Below, piece by piece: positions 54,749 to 55,278 of a stretch of 55,278 nucleotides of DNA. A program made the position numbers and the translations under genes. This stretch comes from Candidatus Bathyarchaeota archaeon B26-2 (GTDB taxonomy: Archaea; Thermoproteota; Bathyarchaeia; Bathyarchaeales; B26-1). Below the pieces are notes generated by a model. It searched no databases. It had not been told where the DNA came from and saw only the letters and a program-made list of their open reading frames with translations. How positions within the stretch are numbered: the first letter of the stretch is position 1; each line of letters begins with the position of its first letter. The stretch is taken from the NCBI GenBank assembly GCA_001593935.1, contig LUCE01000007.1:1-55278 (forward strand), given 5' to 3'.

Positions 54749-55278
54749 TTGTTGGAAGGGGATACCTTGCGTGGAAGCGAGGGTGAAGACCTCCAGAAGA
54801 TAGTCTCCATAATGATTAAAGCGGGATACCAGATCGATGAGGAGGCTTTCCAATTATTAAGAGAGATCTCTGAAAATAGAGTCATAGAAGGTTTAGAGGA
54901 TGTTATGAGGGAGGTTATAAAGGAGATCGACGCCCTTCCGGAGAGGCCTCTCTTTATCAGCCGCGACCTTATTGAGGAGAGACTGAGACAGAGACTCCCA
55001 GAACTGAGGGAGACTGGAGAGCCTCTCATTGAGACGGGAAAGGGGCATCCTAAGGTTTATGCGAGAGAGATTGAGACCGATCTAGAGGTGGTAGAGGACC
55101 CGACGGACACTATTACCTCAACCGGTTCTTTGAGAGATTACATAGAGTATTTCCAAGACAGGTTCAAAAGGATGAGGAGGCTTCTTAGGCAGAGGATGGA
55201 CGTGAAGGATTCAACATCACTCTCGGATGCCCTGAAGGCACCTCACGGATCCAAGGTGAAGTTCGTGTGCATGATCAC
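54749..55278 (+). CDS. DNA polymerase II (PolD) small subunit DP1, N-terminal part (runs off the window)
   Basis: The sequence ..LQKIVSIMIKAGYQIDEEAFQLLREI..SLRDYIEYFQDRFKRMRRLLRQR..KVKFVCMI matches the DP1 N-terminal and linker regions. The frame opens at 54743. Start candidates are TTG 54749, 54752 and 54767, and ATG 54812. Confidence 0.65.
   Translation, partial: MLEGDTLRGSEGEDLQKIVSIMIKAGYQIDEEAFQLLREISENRVIEGLEDVMREVIKEIDALPERPLFISRDLIEERLRQRLPELRETGEPLIETGKGHPKVYAREIETDLEVVEDPTDTITSTGSLRDYIEYFQDRFKRMRRLLRQRMDVKDSTSLSDALKAPHGSKVKFVCMI

Noticed and set aside
1-55278. Mobile elements, integrases, prophage or defence islands
   Set aside because: No transposase, integrase, Cas, restriction-modification or toxin-antitoxin signatures were recognised in any frame. 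The tRNA genes are not flanked by direct-repeat att-like duplications that I could see.

Overview
This is a densely coding archaeal chromosome segment of about 60 CDS, with short intergenic spacers, AT-rich TATA-like promoters and several apparently leaderless genes. Archaeal markers include GatD/GatE, the SecE-Spt5-L11-L1-L10(P0) cluster, an archaeal-type LeuRS, DtdA and ATP-dependent DNA ligase. Others are an Nre repair protein, the PolD small subunit (partial at the 3' edge), an exonuclease-less family-B polymerase, and two tRNAs with introns and encoded CCA. PolD together with a PolB2-like enzyme and a multi-intron tRNA suggests a non-Thermoproteales TACK-type lineage such as Korarchaeia or Bathyarchaeia, but I cannot confirm this without searches. 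The rest is housekeeping or metabolism: TusA/DsrE, M24 peptidase, DUF59, FTR1 permease, WecB, PurD, NadE, NAD-kinase-like, Tdh-Kbl, lactate permease, radical SAM, PadR x2, ArgF, AOR with a polyferredoxin, and PhoU. I saw no transposase, integrase, CRISPR array or rRNA. The best candidate for an undescribed system is the five-gene block at 23.2-26.1 kb. It holds four paralogous ~160-aa proteins (N-terminal beta-beta-alpha module, an EGPxIT strand, a C-terminal winged helix) and a divergent 230-aa wHTH protein. They are organised around a divergent promoter with three 11-bp-phased TTTACGTAA(A) repeats. Secondary items are two structured GC-rich/hairpin elements in a 650-bp gene-free spacer (41.3-42.0 kb), a two-intron tRNA-Val, a PolB lacking its exonuclease domain, and a P0 stalk protein without an acidic tail or neighbouring P1 gene. 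Also noted are a gene remnant antisense to a neighbouring ORF, two possible frameshifts, two copies of a small WKCGR-motif protein family, and low-GC genes (leuS and a degenerate ceramidase-like paralog). All family assignments rest on motif recognition by eye, since no database searches were possible.
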